A DNA stretch of 63,397 nucleotides, the filler included, from Octopus bimaculoides (lineage: Eukaryota): the NCBI RefSeq assembly GCF_001194135.2. It is 4 parts of 4 records of this genome, joined end to end, with 100 filler letters (N's around TTAATTAATTAA, not from the genome) between each part and the next. Parts side by side here need not be neighbours in the genome. Positions count along the whole stretch, not along the records: positions 61,352 to 63,397 come from NC_068996.1; 3 more parts are not named here. One strand, 5' to 3'. Under the pieces are notes generated by a model. It had not been told where the DNA came from, searched no databases, and saw only the letters and a list, made by a program, of their open reading frames with translations. Shown here one piece after another: positions 61,921 through 63,397 of this stretch (positions within the stretch are counted from its first letter, which is position 1; each line of letters begins with the position of its first letter). The translations under genes were made by a program, and so were the position numbers.

Positions 61921-62149
61921 GAAGTAACCTAACTAATGTCAAAACATACGTATTTTCATATTTCTAATCTTTCTTCCAGAGAAAGGCGAAACAAACGAAA
62001 TAACAGCAACAGTAGAGTCAGATTTGGATGGGTATTAATAGAGATAAAAGCATTATTTATTACCTGCAAAAGTAAGATTGGGGAACCAATGGAGATAATA
62101 TTCCTCCATTTTGATCACTCTATAAGTGATCTGTTAAGAACCTTGTAAT

Positions 62150-62629
62150 TATATGCACATAATTAAGAGTAATAAAACCATCGGTTGGCTGCAGACATTA
62201 CTCACTTGCTCAGGAGTAATGTCCATGAAGTAAAAAATAATCGTGATGTCTGTCACTCAGAAATAATAGACCCATGAACAGTTAAGGAAGGATGGAAGAA
62301 AAAGAAAACCCAAAATAGGCTACCTCGTATTTAGGAGGATTGTATACATCTGACTGTGGAAGATGAAAAATGTGAAGATAGTGCCAATTATTGTTGTGGC
62401 CTTGGGGACATAGACAAAAGGAATTGAGAGGAATATAAAGGAAATGAGAACAGAGTACCCAGTAGAGCTGTTGCAAAAGGTTTGCCTCCTTGGCATGGCC
62501 AAAATAATCAGGAAAGTATTAGATAGTTGAAGAGAACAGATAGCATGGTATTATAGGCTGCAGGTAGCAAGCTCACTACTTATACGAGACTCCAGTAGTC
62601 CCAACAAAACCCAAGTTATAATAATAATG

Positions 62630-62700
<71 letters not shown>
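62150..62700 (+). mobile_element. R4/Dong-like LINE 3' end with a (TAA)n tail
   Basis: ENVKIVPIIVVALGT..YPVELLQKVCLLGMAKIIRKVLD, then (TAA)n at 62620-62700. Confidence 0.75.
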
Positions 62701-62702
<2 letters not shown>

Positions 62703-62704
62703 AT

Positions 62705-63112
62705 TCAAATTTTGGCACAAGGCCAGCAATTTTGGGATAGGGGTATGTCAATTACATCAACCCCAGTACTCAACTGGTGCTTATTTTATTGACTCCAAAA
62801 GAACAAAAGGCAAGGTTGATCATTTTAACTCAGAATGTAAAGACAGACAAAATGCTGCTAAGCATTTCACTCAGCATGTTAACGATTCTGCTAGCTCGCT
62901 GCCTTAAATAATAATGATAATAATAATCTTTTCTACTAAAGGCACAAGGCCTGTACATCGACCCCAATGGTTCACTGGTACTTAATTTATCGACCCCGAA
63001 AGGATGAAAGTCAACCTCAGCAGAATTTGAACTCAGAACGTAAAGATGGACAAAATACTGCTAAGCATTTTGCCTGGCATGCTAGTGATTCTGCCAGCTT
63101 GCTACCTTCAAT
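62705..63112 (-). mobile_element. Two adjacent SINE copies (second family)
   Basis: 62705-62905 and 62950-63112 are each homologous to the reverse complement of 54851-55050. Confidence 0.75.

Positions 63113-63397
<285 letters not shown>

Overview
AT-rich, repeat-dense animal genomic DNA with many N gaps. The SINE families, microsatellite load and gene content point to an octopus (coleoid cephalopod); this is an inference. Two host loci are supported, both on the minus strand. (1) Arp2/ACTR2: coding exons 2-8 lie at 26628->12531 with GT-AG junctions and an intact frame. Exon 1 is not in the window, and exon 2 reads VGHP where the family has VGRP. (2) A small secreted di-cysteine-repeat (galaxin-like) locus: a TATA-driven signal-peptide exon (53381-53279), a pseudogenised terminal exon (48435-47966) and an intact paralogous terminal exon (35731-35208) ending in His5. 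The rest is transposon material: Penelope-like elements (one with a 326-codon open RT frame absent from the ORF track, plus hammerhead ribozyme motifs and inverted tails), RTE, R4/Dong, CR1-like and Tx1-like LINE remnants, Tigger, mariner/Tc1, hAT, MULE, piggyBac-like, Helitron and gypsy fragments, and tRNA-derived SINEs. Three 100-bp N44-TTAATTAATTAA-N44 spacers are scaffold joins, so adjacency across 29.9, 55.3 and 61.3 kb is not base-supported. All alignments were done by eye; family names and protein comparisons come from recalled motifs, not database searches.
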